Shown one piece after another: positions 1-7,593 of a stretch of DNA of 64,000 nucleotides. The notes beneath the pieces are model-generated. The model was given only the letters and a program-made list of their open reading frames with translations. It ran no database searches and was not told where the DNA came from. Numbering within the stretch: position 1 is the stretch's first letter; each line of letters opens with the position of its first letter. Source of the DNA: a virus. Position numbers and translations under genes: made by a program. Where the stretch lies: positions 1 through 64,000 of the IMG/VR virus record IMGVR_UViG_3300023196_003770. One strand, written 5' to 3'.

Positions 1-10
1 TGACACAAAA

Positions 11-82
11 CTGCTGGGGTAGGGATCGAACCTACGACCAGACGGTTAACAGCCGTCTGCACTGCCACTGTGCTACCCAGCA
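11..82 (-). tRNA. tRNA-Asn(GTT), CCA not encoded
   Basis: Reverse complement TGCTGGG...CCCAGCA-G folds as a cloverleaf; anticodon arm GACGG-CTGTTAA-CCGTC; T arm GTAGG-TTCGATC-CCTAC. Confidence 0.95.
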
Positions 83-161
83 ATATAAACCTCATAATAT
101 GAAATATATGTTTAATATATGACAAATATTGAAAATTTGTATATTTCAATTCCCCATTAAC

Positions 162-188
162 TCGCCCTACCAATTGGGCGACTCTGGA
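162..188 (-). pseudogene. tRNA 5'-half remnant (acceptor 5' strand + D arm)
   Basis: Minus strand TCCAGAG-TC-GCCC-AATTGGTA-GGGC-G then AGTTAA; no anticodon stem, T arm or 3' acceptor strand. Preceded by the same GGTTTATAT leader as tRNA-Asn. Confidence 0.6.
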
Positions 189-242
189 ATATAAACCCAG
201 CATAACACACATCGCACGTATATTATACTGAGCTCATAAAAA

Positions 243-407
243 ATTGATAGATACGAGTTTCCTCAACATAGAAAAAAAGTGGACTTTTCTCGCTTAACGC
301 TTCTATCTGCGTTCTCTTTCCCGAGAAGGGGCTTTGTCACCATATGTTCATAGAAAGGAATGTCTACTCCCTACTGGCAAATCAGGTCGCTTCTGATTTT
401 CTTCAAT
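243..407 (-). ncRNA. candidate structured non-coding RNA of unknown family
   Basis: No ORF of 60 aa or more. Nested complementary segments by eye: ATTGA/TCAAT, AAATCAG/CTGATTT, AACATA/TATGTT enclosing three hairpins, and GAG-GAAA-CTC. Lies between tRNA genes. Confidence 0.3.
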
Positions 408-618
408 CATCACGTTAAAGATAATTATATTTATATAAACCGACTTATAAGCTTTTTACACTTATTTTTCTCTATCAGCATTATACCCAATTATTAATAT
501 TAAAAAACGCACTGATAAATACTTACGGATCCTTTTATCCCATTGCCTTATCGGATCTTATACATTGATGAACGATCCATCGGATAGGATAGAAAACTTA
601 TTCATTTTTAAAGAACTA

Positions 619-636
619 TGGATCGGGTGAGATTTG
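619..636 (-). pseudogene. tRNA 3'-end remnant (Ala-like)
   Basis: Minus strand CAAAT-CTCAC-CCGATCC-A matches a T-loop end, T-stem 3' strand, acceptor 3' strand and discriminator. Shares CTCAC and U70-C71-C72-A73 with the adjacent tRNA-Ala. Confidence 0.45.
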
Positions 637-661
637 CAATACAAATCTTAACTTTTCCATA

Positions 662-677
662 TACTTATATATAAGTA
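662..677. promoter_or_regulatory. perfect 16-bp palindrome TACTTATATATAAGTA, possible bidirectional phage promoter element
   Basis: Self-complementary; carries TACTTA on both strands, resembling the ATATTTA/ATACTTA motif upstream of several genes. Confidence 0.35.
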
Positions 678-680
678 AAG

Positions 681-755
681 TGGACGTGGTGAGGGTCGAA
701 CTCACGAAACCTCCTGCGTGCAAAGCAGGCGCTCTCCCAACTGAGCTACACGCCC
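681..755 (-). tRNA. tRNA-Ala(TGC)
   Basis: GGGCGTG-TAGCTCAGTTGGGAGAGC-G-CCTGC-TTTGCAC-GCAGG...GTGAG-TTCGACC-CTCAC-CACGTCC-A; G3.U70 pair present. Confidence 0.95.
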
Positions 756-773
756 TAGAAAGAAACTATCTAT

Positions 774-1322
774 ATGAACTATATTAGTGTATGTTGTCAA
801 GAGTGTAAACTATTTTTTAATGCACCGGCTGGTGAAGTTAAAAGAGGTAATGGTAAGTATTGTTCTCGTAATTGTTCCTCTGCCGCTGTATCAAGAAAAA
901 ATAGAGATCGTTATAATGAAATAAATCAACCAAATGTAGAATGTGCATATTGTCATATAATGTTCTACAAAAATGAAACAAAGAAAAAAATATCTAGATC
1001 CGGATTATATTTTTGTTGTCGTGAACATAAAGACTTAGCACAACGTATCGGATCTGGAATAGACGATATCAAACCTTCTCATTATACAACTTCACCAACC
1101 AACTATCGTGAACATTATTCACGAAATTCATCAATGACTTCTTGTTTGCGTTGCGGTTATAACAAATATCCATCAATATTACAGATACATCACATTGATA
1201 GAAATCGTAAGAACAACGTTATGGAAAATTTGATTGTTCTATGCCCAAACTGCCATGAGGAAGATCATTGGCAAAATAAAGATGGAAAGTATGGCAATAA
1301 AAACATACCTTCCATTAAATGA
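774..1322 (+). CDS. HNH endonuclease with N-terminal Cys-rich zinc-binding repeats
   Basis: CxxC...YCSxxC repeats; C-terminal CLRCG...LQIHHIDRNRKNN...NLIVLCPNCH HNH motif. Confidence 0.88.
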   Translation: MNYISVCCQECKLFFNAPAGEVKRGNGKYCSRNCSSAAVSRKNRDRYNEINQPNVECAYCHIMFYKNETKKKISRSGLYFCCREHKDLAQRIGSGIDDIKPSHYTTSPTNYREHYSRNSSMTSCLRCGYNKYPSILQIHHIDRNRKNNVMENLIVLCPNCHEEDHWQNKDGKYGNKNIPSIK

Positions 1323-1325
1323 GTT

Positions 1326-1403
1326 TCAACCGATCAACATAGCAACGCTTACGGTTAGAAATAGAGCAGTTACGATGATAATGATCATTGTTCTATCTTG
1401 CAT
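1326..1403 (-). CDS. 25-aa single-pass membrane peptide MQDRTMIIIIVTALFLTVSVAMLIG (below ORF-track cutoff)
   Basis: Strong SD GAGGAGGT 5 nt before the ATG; hydrophobic run of about 20 aa; directly follows the 1414 ORF. Confidence 0.6.
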   Translation of the reverse strand: MQDRTMIIIIVTALFLTVSVAMLIG

Positions 1404-1413
1404 ATATACCTCC

Positions 1414-2262
1414 TCACTTCCCATTATCAGCCAAACGCTTAACACGAGCACCGCCTGGAATACGGGCATCGACGTTCAACCGCTTTACATTACGATATTG
1501 AACCCCACTTAAGCTTTGGAAAGCATTTTCTACTTCAGAAAAAAGATTTTTGGCATCTGCAACGTTTGTGATGCTACCAATACGATTACGATATGTTTCA
1601 AGCTTTGCAGTTAGATTGCTGACAGACATAGCAATATTCATAATCGCCTGGGTCTTTTCTGCACGCTTCTGAGCAACGTAATCGCCAACACTCTCTCCGT
1701 CAAGCGTAGCCTTTAGTTCTGCAACCTTACGCCTCTTAAGATTAAGCCATGCACGGTCATATTGGGACTTGAGACGGTTAAGAATAGCCACATATGCGCC
1801 ATTATTGCTCCAAGAATCGGTGGTTCCATACCGGAGCCAATCTGAAACTTTACGAGTAGCATAGGTTTGGCTATTAGGCGAATAAGTCAATGCCGACTTA
1901 TCCGTATCATCTAGCCGATAAGACAATGTAAGTGCATCAACCGGATATCTAATCATAGTTGTCTGATAGTTTGCATCCCAGAAGAAATAAAGCGGTGAGC
2001 ATGGAACCCCACACGTGTCAACAATGTGGTTAAATGTGATAGAACGTCTATACTGATCATCAACAATTTTATCGATCATTGTTGTACCATAATAATAGCG
2101 ACTATAACGAAGCTTATTGAGATAATCAATCTTATCCAGCGTTGTTTTTTCTGTAAAAATCTGGCTATTAAACAGATCTTCCAAATATTTGGAGGAATCG
2201 ATAGTAAGCGGGAGGTTATTCTTGTTTGTCTTCTTTGTGCTAGGCATCTTTTTTTTCTTCAC
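1414..2262 (-). CDS. hypothetical protein with C-terminal coiled-coil character
   Basis: 282-aa ORF overlapping the stop of the upstream gene; no family recognised. Confidence 0.75.
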   Translation of the reverse strand: MKKKKMPSTKKTNKNNLPLTIDSSKYLEDLFNSQIFTEKTTLDKIDYLNKLRYSRYYYGTTMIDKIVDDQYRRSITFNHIVDTCGVPCSPLYFFWDANYQTTMIRYPVDALTLSYRLDDTDKSALTYSPNSQTYATRKVSDWLRYGTTDSWSNNGAYVAILNRLKSQYDRAWLNLKRRKVAELKATLDGESVGDYVAQKRAEKTQAIMNIAMSVSNLTAKLETYRNRIGSITNVADAKNLFSEVENAFQSLSGVQYRNVKRLNVDARIPGGARVKRLADNGK

Positions 2263-2654
2263 TTAACAGGGGAACAATAAGAACGGGGGCTAATGTTTGA
2301 AAAAAGCTTAAACCAACCAATCTTTTCTTTGCAAAGCACCTTGATTTGATAACAGTTTTGTAGTAAGCTTTTATTATTACTGTTTATGATAGTATTATAA
2401 GATGGGGGTCGAAGCAGAATAAACAGGGATCCCTTTTCTGACAATTGATCGTTGACATCTCCGAAGCCTTCAATCCATAGCTGATTTGTCTTACGATGAT
2501 ACTTTTTAAGAGCTGGCATAATGCCAAGCTTATTCTTGAACATACATATGTTTGCCCGCAACTGATAGACGCTACCAACCTTCCAGAAACGTTTGCCGCC
2601 TGGAATATGATCAACGTGGCTAATATCACCATATTTTGCCTTGGGCTTCACCAT
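2259..2654 (-). CDS. hypothetical protein
   Basis: 131-aa ORF overlapping both neighbours (translational coupling). Confidence 0.65.
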   Translation of the reverse strand: MVKPKAKYGDISHVDHIPGGKRFWKVGSVYQLRANICMFKNKLGIMPALKKYHRKTNQLWIEGFGDVNDQLSEKGSLFILLRPPSYNTIINSNNKSLLQNCYQIKVLCKEKIGWFKLFSNISPRSYCSPVK

Positions 2655-2806
2655 GACCAGCTATCTTCGTTTCGATAAGCGTGCTTCTTCGTCTTATTAC
2701 GCCGGAAACGACGATCCCTCATAGGACCGCCCTTAAGATTAAGGATCATAAACTCCGTGATAGCGGATCGGCGCTTGGGTTCATTCTGCTTATGCTTATT
2801 GGACAT
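2648..2806 (-). CDS. 52-aa basic protein MSNKHKQNEPKRRSAITEFMILNLKGGPMRDRRFRRNKTKKHAYRNEDSWSW (below ORF-track cutoff)
   Basis: Translated by hand; stop overlaps the next ATG (ATGGTGA); sigma70-like promoter immediately upstream. Confidence 0.65.
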   Translation of the reverse strand: MSNKHKQNEPKRRSAITEFMILNLKGGPMRDRRFRRNKTKKHAYRNEDSWSW

Positions 2807-2812
2807 ATGATC

Positions 2813-2841
2813 ATAATATCACGTCACGTCAAAGATATAAA
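2813..2841 (-). promoter_or_regulatory. sigma70-like promoter
   Basis: TTTATA-17 nt-TATTAT with TG extension; predicted start at about the ATG at 2806. Confidence 0.45.
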
Positions 2842-3013
2842 GTATTTTTTTTAATCTTTAAAATCAAGCATCGCAACAATGCAAAATGGATAGATTAACC
2901 AAAATCCTGAGAAACGGATCCATTTTTGTTTTGATCTCAAAAGAAAATAACCTCCCCAAGCAAATGGAAAGGTTATAAACATAAGAAATATTGATATAAG
3001 GTAAAGCACTTGA

Positions 3014-3088
3014 TAGCCCCAACGGGGTATGATCCCGTAGTCTCACGCCTTGAAAGGGCGGTGATTTAGCCAATTAATCTATGGAGCC
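3014..3088 (-). tRNA. tRNA-Glu(TTC) with atypical T loop
   Basis: GGCTCCA...TGGGGCT-A acceptor; D arm GATT/AATC; anticodon loop CTTTCAA; T arm ACGGG-ATCATAC-CCCGT. Confidence 0.85.
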
Positions 3089-3100
3089 AGATGATGATTA

Positions 3101-3129
3101 AATATAACAAGTAACCAACAATTTGTAAA
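3101..3129 (-). promoter_or_regulatory. sigma70-like promoter for tRNA-Glu
   Basis: TTTACA-17 nt-TATATT with TG extension, ending 12 nt before the tRNA 5' end. Confidence 0.5.
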
Positions 3130-3158
3130 CTCATTTTTATTCAATCATCAAAAAACAA

Positions 3159-3809
3159 TCAGTCTGGCAAACTCCAGAATTGATTTAATGTTTCTCCGCA
3201 TTCTATAGGTGTCCAACCATTTCTGATATGTGTATTTCTACGGAAATATCTTGCACCCCAATGGTCTATACGTATACCGCAAGGATTGGACGGATTAGTT
3301 CTTAGTAACATACCGACGTGCTCATAAACTTGTCGGAAACCTTCACGTCTTGTAGACCATGGGATCGATACGGTTTCGGACCATCCCTTTGGTTCTCTAA
3401 AGTTGTGAGTTAAATGAGCAACCCATCTATGGTTGTCAGTTCTGTTTAGATTAAAAGATAAAGGCGCATAGGCTCTCATAATGCCTAAGTTAATTGTGCC
3501 GGTATTGCTTCTTGTTCTTAAAGCATGATATATCATCGTGCAATCATTTGTGCGGACTTGGAAGCCACTCTCGCTTATGCATATACGTGCAAGGGCTAAT
3601 TGGATATCTCTTGGTGCGGGTCGCTCCACCCGCACCGGACTTATAGCTGGGACTTCTAATGATGAGTCAGTTGATATATCATTAGACCGGTCTTCGCAGC
3701 TTACGTTATTTTGCAATATTGGCTCTGGTCTTACCGGCGTAGGCTCAGTTATATAACTGGCTCCGGTGAGAGCAAATAATGCTGTGAGCATTAATAGTAA
3801 TTTTCTCAT
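3159..3809 (-). CDS. secreted putative cell-wall hydrolase (SleB/Hydrolase_2-like)
   Basis: N-terminal signal peptide MRKLLLMLTALFALTGA; Pro-rich linker; LALARICISES...IYHALRTR resembles the SleB catalytic-Glu helix pair. Confidence 0.5.
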   Translation of the reverse strand: MRKLLLMLTALFALTGASYITEPTPVRPEPILQNNVSCEDRSNDISTDSSLEVPAISPVRVERPAPRDIQLALARICISESGFQVRTNDCTMIYHALRTRSNTGTINLGIMRAYAPLSFNLNRTDNHRWVAHLTHNFREPKGWSETVSIPWSTRREGFRQVYEHVGMLLRTNPSNPCGIRIDHWGARYFRRNTHIRNGWTPIECGETLNQFWSLPD

Positions 3810-3821
3810 AATTTTCTCCTT

Positions 3822-3862
3822 AAAAAAACAAAAAACAGGCTATTTTTTGGAATAGCCCGTTT
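3822..3862 (-). terminator. intrinsic terminator downstream of lysS
   Basis: Minus strand AAACGGGCTATT-CCAAAA-AATAGCCTGTTT followed by TTTGTTTTTT. Confidence 0.65.
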
Positions 3863-3897
3863 GTTGCTATTTGTTGGTTACATATAAATATAGCCCA

Positions 3898-5211
3898 TCA
3901 ATCCGAATTTGACTTTAGTGTAGGGAAGAATACTACATCACGTAGATTAGGAACGCCACAGAGAAGCGAAACCATTCTATCAATTCCAAAGCCAGCACCA
4001 CTCTGAGGAGGAATGCCATGCTCCATGCATTCAAGGAAATCTTCCTCAATCATCATAGCTTCATCATCGCCATTGGCACGCTCCTGCATCTGTTGTTCCA
4101 ATAGCTGACGTTGTAGAACCGGGTCTGTAAGCTCCGTATAACACTTAACCACTTCCCAACCATCCACAATAAACTGCCATTGCTGTACCGTATTAGGATC
4201 GTTAGAGTGTCTTGCCGCCATAGGAGACATATGAGCAGGATAATTTGTAACAAAAATAGGATCAATAAGCTTTGGACGAACCGCAGTCTTAAACAACAGA
4301 TCCGCTTCCTTAGCACTCATATCATCCGGATAACGTCCAGTATGCTCATTAAACAACTTACGATATTCTACAATCGGTGCCTTATGCCAAGCTTCAAGCT
4401 TTTCCTTAATGTCCTGATTGTGAGCAAAGGTATTATGCAGCCTATAAATCAAATCTCTAAAAAGCTTCATATTGTCGCAATAATCCCAATACGAAGCATA
4501 CCATTCAAGAGAAGTAAATTCCTGCAAATGAGAAGGATCAATACCTTCATTACGGAACTGCTTGCCAATCTCAAATACACGATCAAAGCCAGCAGCAGTC
4601 ATACGCTTAAGATATGTCTCTGGTGCAATACGCAAATAGAAGTCTGCATCAAGAGCGTTATGATGCGTTACGAATGGACGAGCCTGAGCACCGCTTGCCT
4701 GTGGAGTTAGAACAGGAGTTTCTACTTCCATAAAGTTAGTTTCTTCAAAAAAACGACGGATAGAAGAAATCAATTCGCTACGAAAACGAAACAGCTTACG
4801 GCTTGCCGGATTAATAGCACATTCCAGCCACCGCTTACGTCGCATAAGCTCTGGGTCAGTCATGCCATGCCACTTATCAGGAAAGCCACCACAAGCCTTC
4901 TGGAGCCTCTTAAAGCCCTTGTTAACCAATACGGTGCGCTCACCCGTTGAAGACGTCCAAACCTCTCCTTGGATGCCTACAATGTCTCCGATACGAGGGA
5001 TAGAAGACCATTCCTTGAACTCCTCTTCATTCATCATCTTCTTATTGAAAGAAAATTGAACCTTTACATCGCTATTGTCTGAGATATGACCAAATGCAAC
5101 GCCGCCCATCTTACGATAAGACAATACTCTGCCAACAAGAGAAATAGGAACTCCGTCCTTGAGGTAAGTAATATCATATGCCAACTGATTATTTTCGGTA
5201 TTCCAAAACAT
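3898..5211 (-). CDS. lysS: lysyl-tRNA synthetase, class II
   Basis: OB-fold N-terminus (GRVLSYRKMGGVAFG); FMEVETPVL, GAQARPFVTHHNALD, LRIAPETYLKR; motif 2 FRNEGID..H..EFT; motif 3 GAGFGIDR; DVVFFP. Confidence 0.95.
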   Translation of the reverse strand: MFWNTENNQLAYDITYLKDGVPISLVGRVLSYRKMGGVAFGHISDNSDVKVQFSFNKKMMNEEEFKEWSSIPRIGDIVGIQGEVWTSSTGERTVLVNKGFKRLQKACGGFPDKWHGMTDPELMRRKRWLECAINPASRKLFRFRSELISSIRRFFEETNFMEVETPVLTPQASGAQARPFVTHHNALDADFYLRIAPETYLKRMTAAGFDRVFEIGKQFRNEGIDPSHLQEFTSLEWYASYWDYCDNMKLFRDLIYRLHNTFAHNQDIKEKLEAWHKAPIVEYRKLFNEHTGRYPDDMSAKEADLLFKTAVRPKLIDPIFVTNYPAHMSPMAARHSNDPNTVQQWQFIVDGWEVVKCYTELTDPVLQRQLLEQQMQERANGDDEAMMIEEDFLECMEHGIPPQSGAGFGIDRMVSLLCGVPNLRDVVFFPTLKSNSD

Positions 5212-5230
5212 AATGTTCCTAAAACGTTAA

Positions 5231-5256
5231 AACCCTGCTATAAGCATAGCAGGGTT
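5231..5256 (-). terminator. 11-bp stem hairpin between the metallopeptidase gene and lysS (terminator or 5' stabiliser)
   Basis: AACCCTGCTAT-AAGC-ATAGCAGGGTT perfect inverted repeat; TTAACGTTTT follows on the minus strand. Confidence 0.5.
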
Positions 5257-5278
5257 AAGTTAGATTATAAACTGTTAA

Positions 5279-5719
5279 TCAAGCTCCCAAAAAATGACCA
5301 TTAGCATTAGAATACAATCGTTCAAAGTTATCAGGAAAAATCTTTCGGAAAAGATTAACGCTCCAACGGCACGCCTTATGTTCACTACGTCCCTTAAGAA
5401 CGTGCCCCCATTCATGCAAAAACGTAAGCACCGAAAGCTTACCATGAAGGGTAATCATATTATCAATTGGATTATAGTTTGATCGTCCACTACTTTCATT
5501 AAGCATAATGCTCGGATCAAAACAAATCTGCACATCAACATTGTAGATGCTACAAAGATCCTCATGTAGCCGTTGGAACTTTTCCATACGAGCGGGGATA
5601 ATGCCCTTCCAAGGATTAGACGTCTTAAATGCTTCGAGCGACCGAAGCGTCTCAGGCTTATAGTTTACATCAGAAATAACTTCTGCCAATGACCGAGGAT
5701 AATCAGCGCCGACAGTCAT
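5279..5719 (-). CDS. putative zinc metallopeptidase (HExxH)
   Basis: TFLHEWGHVL with downstream E (SEHKAC), typical minimal zincin layout. Confidence 0.65.
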   Translation of the reverse strand: MTVGADYPRSLAEVISDVNYKPETLRSLEAFKTSNPWKGIIPARMEKFQRLHEDLCSIYNVDVQICFDPSIMLNESSGRSNYNPIDNMITLHGKLSVLTFLHEWGHVLKGRSEHKACRWSVNLFRKIFPDNFERLYSNANGHFLGA

Positions 5720-5783
5720 ACTTCACAACCTCCAAAACAATTCCGAAAAACGTAAACGAACCAAAAAGAATAAAAAATCCCAT

Positions 5784-6251
5784 TCAATCACCGCTATCGA
5801 TATCAAAGGTGACGCCACAATCATTGCACTTGTAGCGATTATAGCAACGTCCAAGGTTAGCGAAATGGTGGTGATTATGATGCTGGCACGCAGTAAGCTG
5901 CCGATCACGGAATTCAACAAGTTCTGCGATAGCAGCCGCAGCCTGATCAAAACTGGGAACCTGCACAAAATGGTTCGAACCATGCATCGTAGCGTCAGAA
6001 ACGTGGACCGAAAGCTTAAGCCCGGCAAAACGCATAATTGCGCCGGTCTGATTAAAAAGAGGGCGGCACGAAAAGCTCCAATTAGGAACGTTAGACATTA
6101 CACGTTCGGCGGTAAATTGCGGCTGAAAATTTGAGTTATTCCAGGGCTGGGGATACCTACAAGGCAAAGAAATATCGCCAAGAGAATTAAGCTCTGCGAA
6201 AATTTCCGAAACAGCCGTAACGTATTCATTGATTGAGTTGATATTATTCAT
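5784..6251 (-). CDS. hypothetical protein with C-terminal zinc ribbon
   Basis: CQH...GRCYNRYKCNDCG...DSGD terminus; sigma70-like promoter directly upstream. Confidence 0.7.
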   Translation of the reverse strand: MNNINSINEYVTAVSEIFAELNSLGDISLPCRYPQPWNNSNFQPQFTAERVMSNVPNWSFSCRPLFNQTGAIMRFAGLKLSVHVSDATMHGSNHFVQVPSFDQAAAAIAELVEFRDRQLTACQHHNHHHFANLGRCYNRYKCNDCGVTFDIDSGD

Positions 6252-6257
6252 GTTATT

Positions 6258-6286
6258 AGAATAACATAAATAATTTGATATTTCAA
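6258..6286 (-). promoter_or_regulatory. sigma70-like promoter, probably leaderless transcript
   Basis: TTGAAA-17 nt-TATTCT with TG extension; ATG 6 nt after the -10 box. Confidence 0.55.
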
Positions 6287-6308
6287 GGTATTAAATTTCT
6301 TAATGATA

Positions 6309-6887
6309 TCATTCAATTACATTAAATTTAATATTGGAAACATGATGTGTTCCACCTGCGTCACCTGTAAAAGAAGAGAAACAAATCATGACAGGCTCTT
6401 TTATTAAATGATAAAATGGAACATCATGGAAAGCATATGCTACTATAGGCATATCGTTTACATGAACAACTACAGCTTTAAGATCATGATTGTAGATAAC
6501 GTTAACTTCTTTTTCTTCACCATCATTGAAACGTTTACGGCAGGAAGCTTGTGCAACTTTTGTTCCTTCAAAATAAACAACTACCTCATTTCCGCTATTA
6601 TTTTCAAGATTTTTAAATGTATCTAATGAAACCGCAAAAAGTTCTCCGCCTTCTTCAGAGCAAAGCTTCATACGGATACCATCGCCACCTTCTCCATCGG
6701 CATCTGATATTCCCTCTGAATCTGTTATTTTTATCAGAAAAGAACAAACCCAAGAAGCTTCGAAAAATGACAATGGAGACAATAATGTAAATTCTCCATC
6801 TGAATGAAGACCAGAAGTTAGAACAACTCCATTTCCTTTTTTCCTTGCATCACCTGTGAGTTTAAGCTTTACGTCTTTTTGTGCCAT
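6309..6887 (-). CDS. L-type (legume) lectin / ConA-like domain protein
   Basis: LTGDA start, GEGGDGI, AVSLDTF.N and FSSFTG.AGG.H.V motifs characteristic of L-type lectins. Confidence 0.7.
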   Translation of the reverse strand: MAQKDVKLKLTGDARKKGNGVVLTSGLHSDGEFTLLSPLSFFEASWVCSFLIKITDSEGISDADGEGGDGIRMKLCSEEGGELFAVSLDTFKNLENNSGNEVVVYFEGTKVAQASCRKRFNDGEEKEVNVIYNHDLKAVVVHVNDMPIVAYAFHDVPFYHLIKEPVMICFSSFTGDAGGTHHVSNIKFNVIE

Positions 6888-6925
6888 AAAATTTTAGAAA
6901 TATAATATTCTTTGTATTAAGTATA

Positions 6926-7591
6926 TTGACTTATATGAAAATATTAAAACTAATAAACCAACATATTCCGATCTGGTCAATGCTTTGTGGAGATCATGCA
7001 TTGAAAGTAGTAGTTAACAATATTAATCCAAAACTGCTATCTGAACCCAATTTCCTTGATCCTTTAGAGAATAAATTAAGATTAGATATTTTTAGAGATC
7101 GTCGTGAATGGATATGGGCTTCAATGAAAGATAATGTAGCTTTTGCTCTGGTAGAAATTGACATTGAAGAACTAATGACATTCCACACATGTTTCTCAAA
7201 AGTTTCTTTTAAAGAATTTGTTGAAGAATATGCTAAAGCACATAAAAAGGGTAAAGGGTTTATTATAAAAAGACCGAGACACGGATCCGATTTAGAAAAA
7301 GGAAAAGAATCAGTTGAATATGTTTGCAAAGAACTTGCAACCAAAATAGAGGATGCATACTCCAAAATGACATTTGTATTAAAACCAAAAAATGTTCTTG
7401 ATCCTTATTTCACTAATGAAAAAAACATATACGTAGCCAGCAATCGTAGCTTAATAATGAAATGTAAAGACACTTCGAATATAAGAATAATGGATGCCAC
7501 TCATCGTTTAACTGCATATGCGGTTAGCAAAGCGAATAAAAAAAGCCCCCTCCCAAATAAACTTTATGCGTTCTATTGGGAAGAGGCTTGA
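6926..7591 (+). CDS. hypothetical protein, possible ParB/Srx-like domain (likely start ATG ~6935)
   Basis: 221-aa ORF; IMDATHRLTA resembles the ParB/Srx DGxHR motif. Confidence 0.55.
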   Translation: MTYMKILKLINQHIPIWSMLCGDHALKVVVNNINPKLLSEPNFLDPLENKLRLDIFRDRREWIWASMKDNVAFALVEIDIEELMTFHTCFSKVSFKEFVEEYAKAHKKGKGFIIKRPRHGSDLEKGKESVEYVCKELATKIEDAYSKMTFVLKPKNVLDPYFTNEKNIYVASNRSLIMKCKDTSNIRIMDATHRLTAYAVSKANKKSPLPNKLYAFYWEEA

Positions 7592-7593
7592 AT

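Noticed and set aside
470-605. Possible read-through ORF on the minus strand (MNKFSILSDGSFINV*DPIRQ...)
   Set aside because: Interrupted by TAA with no recognisable protein features; better viewed as non-coding hairpin sequence.
1234-1512. 92-aa plus-strand ORF and the many other short antisense or alternate-frame ORFs in the track
   Set aside because: They overlap well-supported genes and lack motifs or start signals; treated as shadow ORFs.
2864-3073. 69-aa minus-strand ORF
   Set aside because: Starts inside tRNA-Glu and has no protein features; a shadow of the tRNA gene.
5723-6028. 101-aa alternate-frame ORF
   Set aside because: Overlaps 5784-6251, which has the promoter and a coherent zinc ribbon.
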